Assembly (NCBI RefSeq): GCF_037042905.1
Contig: NC_087251.1
Location: 16,432,001-16,496,000, forward strand
Direction of reading: 5' to 3'
Origin: Lytechinus pictus
Lineage: Eukaryota
DNA length: 64,000 nt
A program made the translations under genes and the position numbers. Of the stretch, positions 52,284-64,000 are shown in pieces. The notes under the pieces were generated by a model. That model worked only from the letters and a program-made list of their open reading frames with translations, was not told the origin of the DNA and made no database searches. The stretch's first letter is position 1. Every line of letters begins with the position of its first letter.

Positions 52284-52858
52284 CCCCGGGGGGGCCACTT
52301 ACATTGACGAGTGGATACCATGCGCGACCAAAAAAACACGTAAAAAGGATGTCTTTTTCAAGACAGGGCATGTTACGTACGTAACGTGATAAGGGTGTCA
52401 AAAACACAAAAATAATGAAAAAAGGGTATCTATTTTGCTAGGAAAGCTACGTGTTTAGGGTCAAATTTGCGGGGATGATAAACAAAATTAAAATGTTGTA
52501 TAAAGGATGTCCTTTTTGCCCCAACACAACGTGTTTAGAGTCCCGATTTGCGCGAGGTGAGGAAGGTGGGGCCGTACTAAACCAAATGGTGTACGTAAAT
52601 TAGGTAAAACCGACGACCAACGGACCCGCGACACAACAATAAAATATCGCTGTATACTTGTTTAGGGGTTCATTTCAGGGAATACTTGCCAAGAGTATAG
52701 TTTTGTTTCCAATACTTGTTAAGGGTATGGTTTCAGACGCCAATAATTGTTAAGGGGTGCATTTTCAGAACATGGAAAATACGTGTTTAGGGTGCTTTTC
52801 GAGACCCCGTGGTCGCGAATGGTATCCATTCGTCAATGGAAGTGGCCCCCCCCCCCAG
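52284..52858. mobile_element. MITE with ~40-bp TIR
   Basis: GGGGGCCACTTACATTGACGAGTGGATACCATGCGCGACCA vs GGGGGCCACTTCCATTGACGAATGGATACCATTCGCGACCA. Confidence 0.85.
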
Positions 52859-53238
52859 GCCATCACCTCCTCAACTTTCTTTTTATTGCAAGCTCAGAAG
52901 TGTCAAGCATTATTTTCTATCCCCCCCAACCACACACACACTATCTCCTAATTCACTTCATACATGTACACGTAGACCAAAATATGATTTTTTTATGTTT
53001 TTTTTCACAACCTGCAATCCGTAATGTTCTGCAATTACAAACATAATTATCCCTCAATGCAGGTCTATTATGATCTTGATGATGGGTCGGTTTGGATTGC
53101 TAGACATTTGGTGTCAACTTTCCAAAAGTTTCCACATTTAGATACATGTTTGACATAATCTGGCCCCAATATGAGGATCAATTTGATGTATAGCATACAG
53201 TTGGCCCTGTTTTACACAGGAAAAAAAGGTGGGCTGAG

Positions 53239-53895
53239 CCAAGGGGGGGTACTCAAATTATAACATGATACCTATGTGCCGTACCAAAATCGAAAGTGGG
53301 GGCTCTGAAAAAAAAAAAAAAATTCTCCTTTTTTTTTACCTTGTAAATGTGATTATTTGTGATTTCTTCAATCTCAATGAATAACTTTAAATATTGTAAT
53401 TTGATCTGATTCTTAATAAAAACATAAATACAAAAAAAATTGGTCCTAAAACGGAGGTCTCCAGAACAGCTCTTGGATCTACGATTGCTAAAAATACAAT
53501 GTTCTGGATCTGACTACATAAAAAACGGGGGTCTCCGGATCGTAGGCTAATTGGTAGCAGCTATGGGAAAAAACGTGCGCGTCTAGCTACATGTAGATTC
53601 ATATCGAGCCAGCGCTAGTTATTTTCAGGCGCGGGGGGGGGGGGGGGTTGGGGGGGCTTCGGGGACCAGGCGCTATGGCTCCACTCCGACCGGCTGAGTA
53701 GTTCATAATTGGCGTGCATTGGAACGAGAAATCACAAATTTAAGGGCCTTCGGAATGGGGAAAAAGAGCAATTTCTATAGCTTCCTGCATTGGTGATTCT
53801 CTGGAACGGAATTTTAGGCTGAAAATGGGAGTTTCAACCACAGCACATACGTATCATACATTTATACTGAGTACCCGCCCCCCCCCCCCTTGGGG
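53239..53895. mobile_element. Decayed MITE with GGGGGTACTCA termini
   Basis: CCAAGGGGGGGTACTCA ... TGAGTACCCGCCCCC..TTGG. Confidence 0.55.
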
Positions 53896-54436
53896 GCGCA
53901 GCTGAGCCATGTACGAATACTAGACAGACATACAGGCCTGCATGTACTGTACACGAATAGTCAAGTACTGTACACTGTATGAGTTTAGTTTACAGACCCT
54001 CTTCTTTTCCACTCATTCACAAATTTTCTTTAAAAAATTTAATTTCTTCCTTATACAAAGTTCCTCATTGCTACCTACATGTACAGTAGTTTAAAGTACA
54101 TCAAAATGCACTAAAATAAATTACATTTTTTAAAATAGCAATTTTCCTCGCTATCCTTTCAATAAATGAAATAGGTTTTTGTTGTTGTTTATTAATAATT
54201 TAAACAGGCTTACATGTACATATACTCACTCACCTTGCTGAGTGTAATTTTTCTATTTGATTTGTTAACAGAGCAAATTGTGACTTTTTTCAAGATCTTT
54301 TTATGATTCACTTTGTTTTTCTGTCTTTGTGCTGATTTATCCTAATACAACTTGTATTTTTATACAAAGTAGGCCTAATGATGTAAAAAGTATTGTTTTT
54401 GTCTGATGCGTGAAAATACCTTATAATCAGACTCAC

Positions 54437-54536
54437 CTTGCTGAATTCCCCAGTCATGATGTGTGACCTGAATTTGGCCGCTGAATCATGCTCCAGCCTA
54501 CAGCCTGATTCCCTCATCAAAAGATCAACAGTCTTC
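54437..54536 (-). CDS. WDR26: WDR26 coding exon 2 (LisH/CTLH)
   Basis: TTAG| 100 nt |[39 protein letters not shown], in frame with exon 1. Confidence 0.96.
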
Positions 54537-55454
54537 CTAAAATGGACAAAACAAACAAAATTTTTGCCTGAAAACTAAACTGGATAAACACACAGCTCAT
54601 CTACTTCCCTACAGGCTAATCTAGATCCTCGTAGTGAACTACACATTTGTTAAACCATTGCTTTCTGATTGTTTCTGATTTTATTATGTAATTGGTTCTG
54701 TAATGGGGCATCTTGGTCAGCAAGCACAATGTGAATAACAAAATGAATACATTGAAAACAATATTCTGTTTGCTTAGTTGCCTCTGGAATGGATGAATCA
54801 TGGTAAAAAAAAACAATAACCCCCCCCCCCCCCAATACTGGTAAACATCTAACAAATCTCAATGGGCACATATCCAATGACAAGATCAACTTATAATTCT
54901 TTATATACACAGAGACCTATAAAATGCTTGAAATATTTTAGATGAATATTATTCTTCTATCATACGACACTGGTACCATGGGTAAATATCTGTCCAGCCC
55001 CCTTATACTCGGTAGACACAATCTAAACAGAGAAAAAGAAAGCATGATTCTCATTTCATAGGCAAAATCAAATGCTAGATTCACAAGAATGACAATAATA
55101 ATCAGAGAATAATCAAGGAAACATAAAAAAAACATTTCGCATTGATTCTGAGTGGTGAATAATTTTATCAACATATATATTTTCATGTACATGTAACTAG
55201 TGTATACATGATGTATAACATGGGATATATAATGCAAGTACATGAACTACACCTGCAAAGCCTTTCATAGTTGACATCCAGCCTTTATGATCTCAAATTG
55301 AGTCACAGTCAGCCAACTGCCAAGTCCAATAGCTATGACACAATCAATGGGAGGAGTTAGTCTTAATCCAAGGCATGAGTGCCGTGCATCCACAGACATC
55401 TTGATTTCTCAGCCTAATCTCTCAAATTCTTGAGTCATCAATGCGTCTGAGGAG

Positions 55455-57014
55455 CAGGGTTGGGCTCAATTGTTTACAAGGTAATTGATCAATTATGTAA
55501 TTAATTACATTTTTTTGAGCAATTGTAATTGTAATTGAAGTTTTGAAAGGGAAAGTAATTGTAATCGAATAAATTTAATTGACTTCAATAACTGTCAATT
55601 ACATTTAATTTTCAATTACTTTACAATAAACTTACTTAATTTATGATTCAATTTCATAACCTTTTTTCATGTAAAATTCTTCAGCATCAAATACATGTAG
55701 AGTGACAGGCAGAATCCATGCTATTTAACCTAAACCTTCATCTTGTCAGTTTCTTTGTAACTATGTTGAAACAGGTGGTACTGGGACTATATATGGAATG
55801 AAAATTAGTTTCATTTATGACTTTTCTAGAAAGTAATTGAAATTTTAATTGACAAAAGTAATTGGTAATTGTAATTGAAAAAAAACAAGTGGAACGCATC
55901 TGGCAGTCTCGCCTGCATTACGCAATTCAATGTAGCAGCAGTTATTCACAGAAGAAAATACTAATATGATAAAATATTATGTCCATTGACCCAAAATGAC
56001 CTTTGACCATGATCATGTGACCTAAGACATGTGCAAAACAATCATTCATACTTGATTACCCTTATGTCAATGTCTCATGGGCTAGATCCATAAACTTTCT
56101 AAGTTATGATGCCAATTCAAATGTATACTCCCAACACGGCAGAGTTCATTGACCTTTAATGACCTTTGATCTTGGCCATGTTACTGAAATGCACACAGGG
56201 TATACAGGGAAACATTGCTGCTCCTATGTCCAAGTTTCATGAACTAGATCAATAAACTTTTAAAGTTACATGTACGATGACAATTCCACAAATACCCCCA
56301 ACAGGCCAACATTACCAAAGTTTGTTGACTCTAAATGACCTTCGACCTTGGTCATGTGACCTGAAACTCGCACAGGAAGTTCAAGGATACTTAATTGCTC
56401 TTTGCTCTAATGTCCACGTTTCATGAATTAGATCCATAAAATTTCAAAGTTATGATGACAATTCCTCAAATACCCCCCAAAATTGCCAGTTTGTTGACCC
56501 TAAGTGACCTTTGACCTTGGTCATGTGACCTGAAACTCGCACATGATATTCAGTGATACACTATTACCCTTATGTCTAAGTTTTATGAACTAGGTCCATA
56601 TACTTTCTAAGTTATGATGACATATCAAAAACTTAACCTTGGTTAGGATTTCGATAGAGTCCCCCAACATGGTCTAAGTTCATTGACACTAAATGACCTT
56701 TGACCTTGGTCATGTGACCTAAAGCTCAGGCAGGATGTTCAGTAATACTTGATTACCCTTATGTCTAAGTTCCATGCATGATCTAGGTCCATATACTTTC
56801 TAAATTATGATGACATTTCAAAAACTTAACCTTGGTTAAGAATTAAGATTTCAATGTTGACGACGCCGCCGTCGCAAAAGCGGTGATTATAGTCTCGCTC
56901 TGCTATGCAGGCAAGACAAAAATGTAATTTAATTGAAAAAGTATTTGTAATTGAACGTTTCTTCAATTACGCGAATGCAATTGTAATTGAAGAAAGAAAT
57001 TGAGCCCAACCCTG
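55455..57014. mobile_element. hAT MITE in intron 1
   Basis: 17-bp perfect TIR CAGGGTTGGGCTCAATT; 8-bp TSD CTGAGGAG (55447-55454 / 57015-57022); GTAATT subterminal repeats. Confidence 0.93.
55883..56922 (-). mobile_element. Helentron-associated element, copy 2, nested in the hAT MITE
   Basis: Same termini and repeat units as 44787-46633. Confidence 0.8.
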
Positions 57015-60000
57015 CTGAGGAGCTAAGACATTGTTACGAAGGATGTTACGTTCACAAGGCTTGTCTGAAACTATTATTGACCGTCCTTGCTTTGCTGTAC
57101 AAACCAGTAGGCTGATTGCTACATGTATGCATGAAAATATTGTTCTGCAGACATGAAACATCATTCCCCACCAATATGTCATAACAATGAATCGTTGATA
57201 TTTGAAGGGGAAGTCCACCCAAACAAATAATGAATTTGAATAAATTAAGAAAAATCAAGCAAAAAAAAAAAATTCCCATAATCGAATGTAAAATAAGAAA
57301 AGATTTGACATACATGTGTACATGTATGTTTCACAAAATATACAGTAGTATGCAAGATATCCATGGGTGATATGAGAGCCATTGATGCTACACACTCACT
57401 ATTCCTTTTGCATTTTTAGGAATATACAACAAAACACTCTGATTTTTGCAGATTGGACAATAACTTAAGGAAAGGAAGCATCTTCATTAAATCACAGTAT
57501 TAGTTGCAACAATATTACATGAAGAATCAACCATGTTTCACATCATATTTCCAAAACACAATTAAAGAAATAATGAGTGGGAGACATCAGATTCCCTCAT
57601 TGCATAACAGCAAGGATGTGCATATGGATTGTGAAAATAAGCGAAACCTACGGTACATGTAAATGCAACTTTCTAATATTTCACATCCAATTTTGATGAA
57701 ATTTTCATCTTTCAATCCATAATCTACCTTTTTTTTTGGGGGGGGGGGGGACTTGCCCTTTCATTTGCATTTCTTACTCACTGACTATTTCATATTTTCC
57801 TCAGCTAAGTGAATTATTTCAAGGATAAGAATATACAATTATAATCTGCAATGTTTGTATTTGCAGGTTTTAAATTCACATTGTGATTTTCTTTTTGTTT
57901 GGAAGGTGTATAGGCGACAACAACAAACAAAAGGACTAAGACAGTTTTAATGTTGTACACTAAACTGGGGGGGGGGGGGGCATGTACAGCAACCGATGGA
58001 GAGGGGTGTCAATTGATCCCATCCCTGAACAAGACAAAAAAAGGGGAAAACTTGAGAAAACATCACATCTGAAAATGGGGTTTTGTTGAGAAAATACTAC
58101 AGTATGTCTATCTATGGTGTAATATTTTTATTTCAGACCAAAAATTATTTAAAACCTTAAAAGTTGCTTCATTCAATAAATATTAAAAGTTATTCAATTG
58201 CAAGTGAAGTTATAAATATATTTACATTAATGGAAATTTCACCTAACAAAAATGTTATTGTAGAAATAAAATAAAAAATAATGAAAAATAATGGTGAAGG
58301 GTTTGAGGAAAATACCTAAAATATTTATACCTTTTGTAATCTTATCCAAATTTTCAGTTTTTGATTTGTGACATCACATGTATGCAAGCAGCTTCACATG
58401 TATCGTGAATTCAAAAGAATCAATGAAATTTCATTTTCTCAAAAAATAGAAAAAGGTTTAATTGTACCTTTTATAATATATCAACAGAAATTTTATTTCA
58501 TACCCACTCCTGAAAGGAGAAAATAGTTAATCATCATGAACCAATAAATTTTTTTTGAAATTTATTCATTTTTATATTACTAATGTATGGGGCATCCTGG
58601 GCAGCTGCTCGTAGGTTTATGTCCCAAAACAAAACTAAGAATTTTTTGTAATTTTCTTAATCTTTAATGGATTTTCCTCAAACTGTTATCAATATTTTTT
58701 CTGTTATTTTTACAATAAACTTTTCATCAGGGTGAACTTTCCCTTTAAATACAAACTAATAAAATGTATGTTCTACTTCTCACTCATGTAATTTCCCAAG
58801 AAAAGGGGCAACAATACTGTTAATTACAAATGGGCATTAGAGGCAGGAAATCAATCATTATTAAGCAAGGGTGGGGCAAGTCCACAATAAAAAGTATGAT
58901 GGAAGATGGAAATGGCACACACCTCAGTTGATTAACGAGTGATGGATTTATCTTCAGCCCCAACCCTGCCCTATAACTACCCCCAACTTATAAACATGTA
59001 CAGAGGATACTTTATCAAAATTGTAAACCATTAGAAAATCATGACAAAATAAATATGTAGGCCTATATTGACTTTTTAAAAAAATCTTAAACATTATCAA
59101 ATATTAAAATAAGGCAACCTGATTTCTTCTTCTTTATCAAAATGTGACAGCTAGTGAGCAAGATGGGTTTTTTTCTTATTTCTTTCATCTTTTAATGACT
59201 CATTTTTCTATCTCTAATTAGGCTTAATAAAAAATCTGAAAATCATCTAGACTAGAATGACCCATCTCCTAGATGTTAATTAAATATGTTGTAAAAGTCT
59301 GAATTCAGAATTCAGTCCAAAAGGTTGGATCCATCGTGTGACATTAACAGGGCATTTCAGCATAATTACTACTCCCTGACATCCACTTGTGTGCACGTGT
59401 TCAGTCAACCTGCATACTGTAATATACATTATATCAATAATCAAGTCGTAAAGACTAAAGAGTGTCCTGGAGCTTTAGTAAAAGTTCACATTAATTATAA
59501 TTGGGCTATCCGTGTTGTTCTAGCATTCAAAAGTGCAGTGACTTTTAATTCATTTTCCGATGTTTGATTTTTTTTAAATTATTATTCTCAAACTTTGACC
59601 CAGATCGGCACCCTCTCTCAAATATTTTAAATCATGAAATATCTATCAACATATACACATACAGTACATGTATGTTATTGTATATCAAAGAATTACAGAG
59701 ATTGCATCCTGAACTTTCAAACCTGTTCCATGCATCAGTTGTTTATACCAAAATGGAAAATATATATATATATTCTTTACAAATTTGGGGACCCAACTTG
59801 TTCTATTCTGACATTTTAATTGCAATTTGACCTATATTAGATGCTAGATCACCTCTTGAACACTTGCTTGTTTGTTTTCATAATATACATGTATGTACGT
59901 ACTCTTTCCATTTTTATGTGAAATAGGAATTTGAAAAAGCATAATATTCAGATTTACTATGATTCAATATAAGTTGTTATTGGTTTATCTTTATCATTGC

Positions 60001-61258
60001 AATGTACACAACCTTTTATTTACAAATTTTATGAATAAAATATTAATGAGTATTAGATGAGAAAATAATAACTTCACTTCAGGTAGGTACATGAATGTGT
60101 ATAGCCCATATAACAATAAACGAAAGCTCCCACATTTCCTCATTGAGATTTTTTCTTTCTTTTCTAAATCTACATGTCTATGCATGTTTTCATTACTACC
60201 CTAAGATTTCACTTAATTACGAGAAGAATCAAATTAATCATCAAAATGGGAGAGTTAAGTCTGCCCAACTATTTCTCAAATCATCGTCTCCAATGATACA
60301 CAAAGAATAATGACAAAACACAATTTTCTCAATCCTCGTTTGATTCAATTAATTCATATTCACTTTCCTGTTTTTTCTATCTTAAACAAATCAATTCATT
60401 ATATTGGTATTCATTTTCTACAACTACCCATGTTTTGTTTTACCTTAAAAGGACAAAGAACAAATTGCACAAACAGATGGGAAGTGCTAAAATAAAATGT
60501 ACAATATGCCCTAAGGCGAAGGTTTGGATCTTTTTATTTTTTACATCATACTTCTAAATGCAAAGATTAAGATTTAGAATTACATGTACATGTAGACTGT
60601 CATTTGGTAAATGGTTAAGTTTTCAGTGGGCATCTTTTCTGTCTTAAGTATCCAAAGAGAGAGGTATGATTTTAGACTTTCATTTCCTTTTGCTGAACAT
60701 GAAGTTGAAGAAAAAACCTTAAAAGGCACACGCTAATTGCTTCTAGTTTAAAAATCAAGTGACCATATTTCAAAATAATTTCATTCTACCAACTACATTG
60801 TGTGATCTGTACAAATGTGCACTTGTATGAATGGGAGCTTAATAAATGGGTTGATATAAGAAGTCTCAGAGCAGATGTGATAACACATTTTATAAAATTT
60901 CAAAATGAAATCACCCTTCAAGCATTCAGCAAGAGGGTAATTTCATAACTGATCTTATGTTAATCATAAACATTGAAACATGAAAATAATAAGAGACAAA
61001 CTGAAATTGAAAACACAGAATTGGCGGAAAGATGAATATCATGAAAACAAAAAGAATGACAAATTGATCCACATGTACTGGAAAGGATAATGAATATTTA
61101 ACAACAAAGGGGGAAAGGGCTAGTATCATGAGTGTAGGAACAAAAGATCATCCAGTAAATAGAGATGTTATGCTGTTAATGACAATTGTTAGCTCTGCTG
61201 TGCGCATAAACAATGGTGTGTTATTCCCTTTCTACTTTTCCAAGACAGCTGCACTTAC

Positions 61259-61512
61259 GTGTAGCCAAGTCCCATAAGGTGCTGGCCAATCAGTCGAACT
61301 ATGTCCCTGTCACAGGGGGAGAGCTCAGTGGCACTGGCTTTAAAGCCATCTTCCTCATCAAATACAGGGGAGGAAGAACCATTGGCATGGTTTGTCGCTC
61401 CAGCGGCTCCGCCGGGCCCAGTCCCGTTGCTACTATGGGGGATGGTGTCTCCAGTTCCATTGTGTGCCACGGCCGCGGTACTCGTCGACGAGTCAACATC
61501 ATTGGCTTGCAT
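61259..61512 (-). CDS. WDR26: WDR26 coding exon 1 (from first AUG; low-complexity N-terminus and start of LisH)
   Basis: MQANDVDSS...DRDIVRLIGQHLMGLGY resembles vertebrate WDR26 (MQANG...DEDVIRLIGQHLNGLG). Donor AC|GTAAGT, phase 2. May extend to a CUG at 61593. Confidence 0.95.
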
Positions 61513-61777
61513 TGCACTGGCAGCAGCTACGCGTTGTTTCTTTGCCGGTGGCGGAGACAACCCACCGCTATCCGAGTCCGATGATGAGGCCAGAATTGCG
61601 ACGAGTAGGACGCAGTAAACGAGCCAGCACAGAAAAGCAGGAAATCAGGACAATTCTTCTCTTCCTGGATAGCAGCCTGTGGCCGATTTCCGTCATATAA
61701 TCGGTGCGAAAATCTCACATAAGCCTTCGTTTAGCCCCACTGATCTGTCCTCTCAATCCAGCTGTACAATGTTATGA

Positions 61778-61787
61778 ATGACGTCAT
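61778..61787. promoter_or_regulatory. Full CRE/ATF palindrome ATGACGTCAT in the WDR26 proximal promoter region
   Basis: Perfect palindrome about 270 bp upstream of the AUG, beside the CpG-rich first exon. Confidence 0.5.
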
Positions 61788-61894
61788 ATTTCTTTATTCT
61801 TTTTTCTGCTCTATTCATTTTTGTTCACAAGGGGGCGATGGACCAAATTAAACAGAGAGGGGGAGGGTGAAAGGTGACAAGCAGTTTGAACGGA

Positions 61895-62247
61895 TTATTT
61901 CCAATTCGTCTAATGCCTATTCGTCCGTTTGCGGCCACATCGTCTACTATCGTTTGGTCTACCATTAGATCTACATGGTCTAATTGCTATTTCGTCCAAT
62001 CACCATTTCGTCTAATAATGCAGTTTGTCCAAGAGCAATTAAGTCCATACTAATTTGTCTAATGAATGAAAATGGAATGGATATTATTCAGACCAACTGG
62101 TTAAGAGACGAAATGGTGATTAGACGAAGTGATGATTGGACCAAATGGCTATTGGATCAATGGTTGTATGACGAAATGTTGATGGACGGAATGGCTGAAA
62201 GAAGACCATTTGGTGAGTGGACGAGTTGGCGAATCGGCAATTTGCCA
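61895..62247. mobile_element. Foldback repeat, copy 3 (inverted), just upstream of WDR26
   Basis: Ends GACGAGTTGGCGAATCGGCAATTTGCC, the reverse of the start of copies 1 and 2. Confidence 0.7.
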
Positions 62248-62417
62248 TAATAATCAAGATCGAGGGCATCAACAGAAAAACAAGACAAGAACAGTTCTAT
62301 TTTTTATTTGGCTTAGCTAGTAGTAGTGGTGCTAATCTGGCGGTGACGGCGGTGGTGTGTGGTGCATGGTGGCGGTGTGTGGTGCATGGAGGTGGTGGTG
62401 GTGGTGGTAGCAGGCCT

Positions 62418-62457
62418 ATAGTAGTAGTAGCTAGTAATAGTAGTAGTAGTAGTAGTA

Positions 62458-62556
<99 letters not shown>

Positions 62557-62576
62557 GGAGTAGTAGTAGTATAGTA

Positions 62577-62608
<32 letters not shown>

Positions 62609-62676
62609 TATAGCCCGGGAGTAGTAGTATAGTAGTATACTTAGTAGCAGTAGTAGTGGTAGTAGTGGTAGTATTA

Positions 62677-62765
<89 letters not shown>
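62418..62765. repeat. (TAG)n microsatellite, interrupted
   Basis: About 350 bp of TAG repeats preceded by a GGT-rich tract. Confidence 0.97.
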
Positions 62766-63559
62766 TATCTCACCTTTTCTTCTTAATTGTTTTTTAATAT
62801 ATGGACCCTATTATTGTTATATTTTTTTTAAAGGCAGCGATCCTGGGGGCAGGCCGGGGCACCGACAGTCCCGGGTACAGTGCCCCCACTTATTGAAGCA
62901 CGTCAGAAACCCTTTACCACGAAAAAATGCCTCCTTAACAGTGCCCTATAGCTTTTTATCTTTATAGAAAGACCCGTTTTATGTGTTAACGTGTGCCCAT
63001 TTGCCTTGTAATAGGTGCCCATTCTCATATCAGAAAGTTACCCCCAAATTCTTAACACCGCTCTGTTTTTGTCCAGAGCCCCCGTCAGCTCCTTTTTATC
63101 ATAGTGACATTCCTCTCATGCAGATTGCCCCTTTTACCTTTGACCAAGTGCCCCATTTGAAAATGCCCTTATTTACTAAAGATAAATGCCCTTATTCTTT
63201 TCTAGCTTCTTCAAAATTTTCAGTCTATTATTGTAAGGTTAATTATTTAGCGCCCCTCCATTTCTGCATGGGCAGCGGAACCGGGGGCAGAGGTGTGCCC
63301 TTTGTGGGGTAACACTTATTTTAATCGTTAAGTTTTTATCTCTGAAGTTGTTTCTTTTTTATTTTGTTTTATATTTCATTGTTGTGAAATATTTCCCCTG
63401 TTTATTTCATTTTCTTTTCTCCCTTAATGGGCACATATATACAAAGGAAACTAGTAATATATCTTTATGGGTGAATTATATTTGACAAACATTTAACGCT
63501 TGGACATTTGGCCTCTGCACTTTATAGAGCTCTCAGGGAGGAAAACAAAATGGCCCCTC

Positions 63560-64000
63560 ACAGTGGCGTACCGTGGGTCACGGCATTGGGGCGGGGGCAC
63601 AAGCAAAAAATTTGAGTCACTTTGTGGGCGCGAAAAGTGCGCTCAATTGCCAGGTTTACTGACCTTATAGAGACATTTTAGGAATGTGTATGCCACTAAA
63701 TGGATATGTATCTCACTGATCAAATAATGCGAGCGCGAAGCGCGAGCTGAAAATTTTTGATATTCAGACCTTAAAAGGAACATTGTAAGAATTTGTTTGT
63801 AATCATGATACGTACAGTGTACCTGTCTCGCTAAACAAACAATGTGAGCACAAGCTGAAATTTTTGTAGGGTATATATTGACCCCATACAGGGACATTTT
63901 AAGGACTATGTTTTTAGGAATCCATGCGAGTGCCAAGCGCTTTCTGATTTTGTTAGAATTACATATAAACACATGAAGCACTTTTTGTAGTCATTGTAAT
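63560..64000 (+). mobile_element. Start of a repeat element with GCGAGCGCGAAGCGCGAGC units, truncated by the window edge
   Basis: Begins CAGTGGCGTACC; units resemble 33400-34875. Confidence 0.55.

Noticed and set aside
20286..54436. Nested protein-coding gene, transposase, snoRNA or recursive splice site in intron 2
   Set aside because: No convincing ORF, exon chain, C/D box pair or polypyrimidine-AG|GT site found by eye; cannot be excluded without homology and covariance searches.
61558..61560. TTG start used by the ORF track for exon 1
   Set aside because: TTG with T at +4 is a weaker initiator than the upstream CUG and would omit the acidic serine block.
61213..61700. Plus-strand ORFs over exon 1
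   Set aside because: Antisense shadows of a GC-rich coding exon with no recognisable protein features.
62217..62773. Poly-Val and poly-Thr ORFs
   Set aside because: Products of the (TAG)n microsatellite.

Overview
AT-rich animal genomic DNA, not prokaryotic; the repeat families and intron style suggest an echinoderm such as a sea urchin (inference). The window holds one complete minus-strand gene, WDR26 (GID7/CTLH E3-ligase subunit: LisH, CTLH, WD40). It has 13 coding exons from 61512 (ATG) to 9251 (TGA), all joined in frame by GT-AG introns, giving 584 aa. Intron 2 is 34.2 kb. The rest is non-autonomous mobile DNA (TTAA-, 3-, 4-, 8- and 9-bp-TSD MITEs, Helentron-like elements, tRNA-derived SINEs, satellites); I saw no transposase ORF. 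Main observations: (1) an in-frame CUG in strong Kozak context adds a 27-aa N-terminal extension with an NLS-like motif and is overlapped by a uORF; (2) a 12.9-kb compositionally distinct block in intron 2 is bounded by Kolobok-like TIRs and TTAA; (3) several 14-34 bp palindromes are flanked by 7-9 bp target duplications, two with empty-site paralogues in the window, and look like transposon excision scars, together with many TACATGTA scars.
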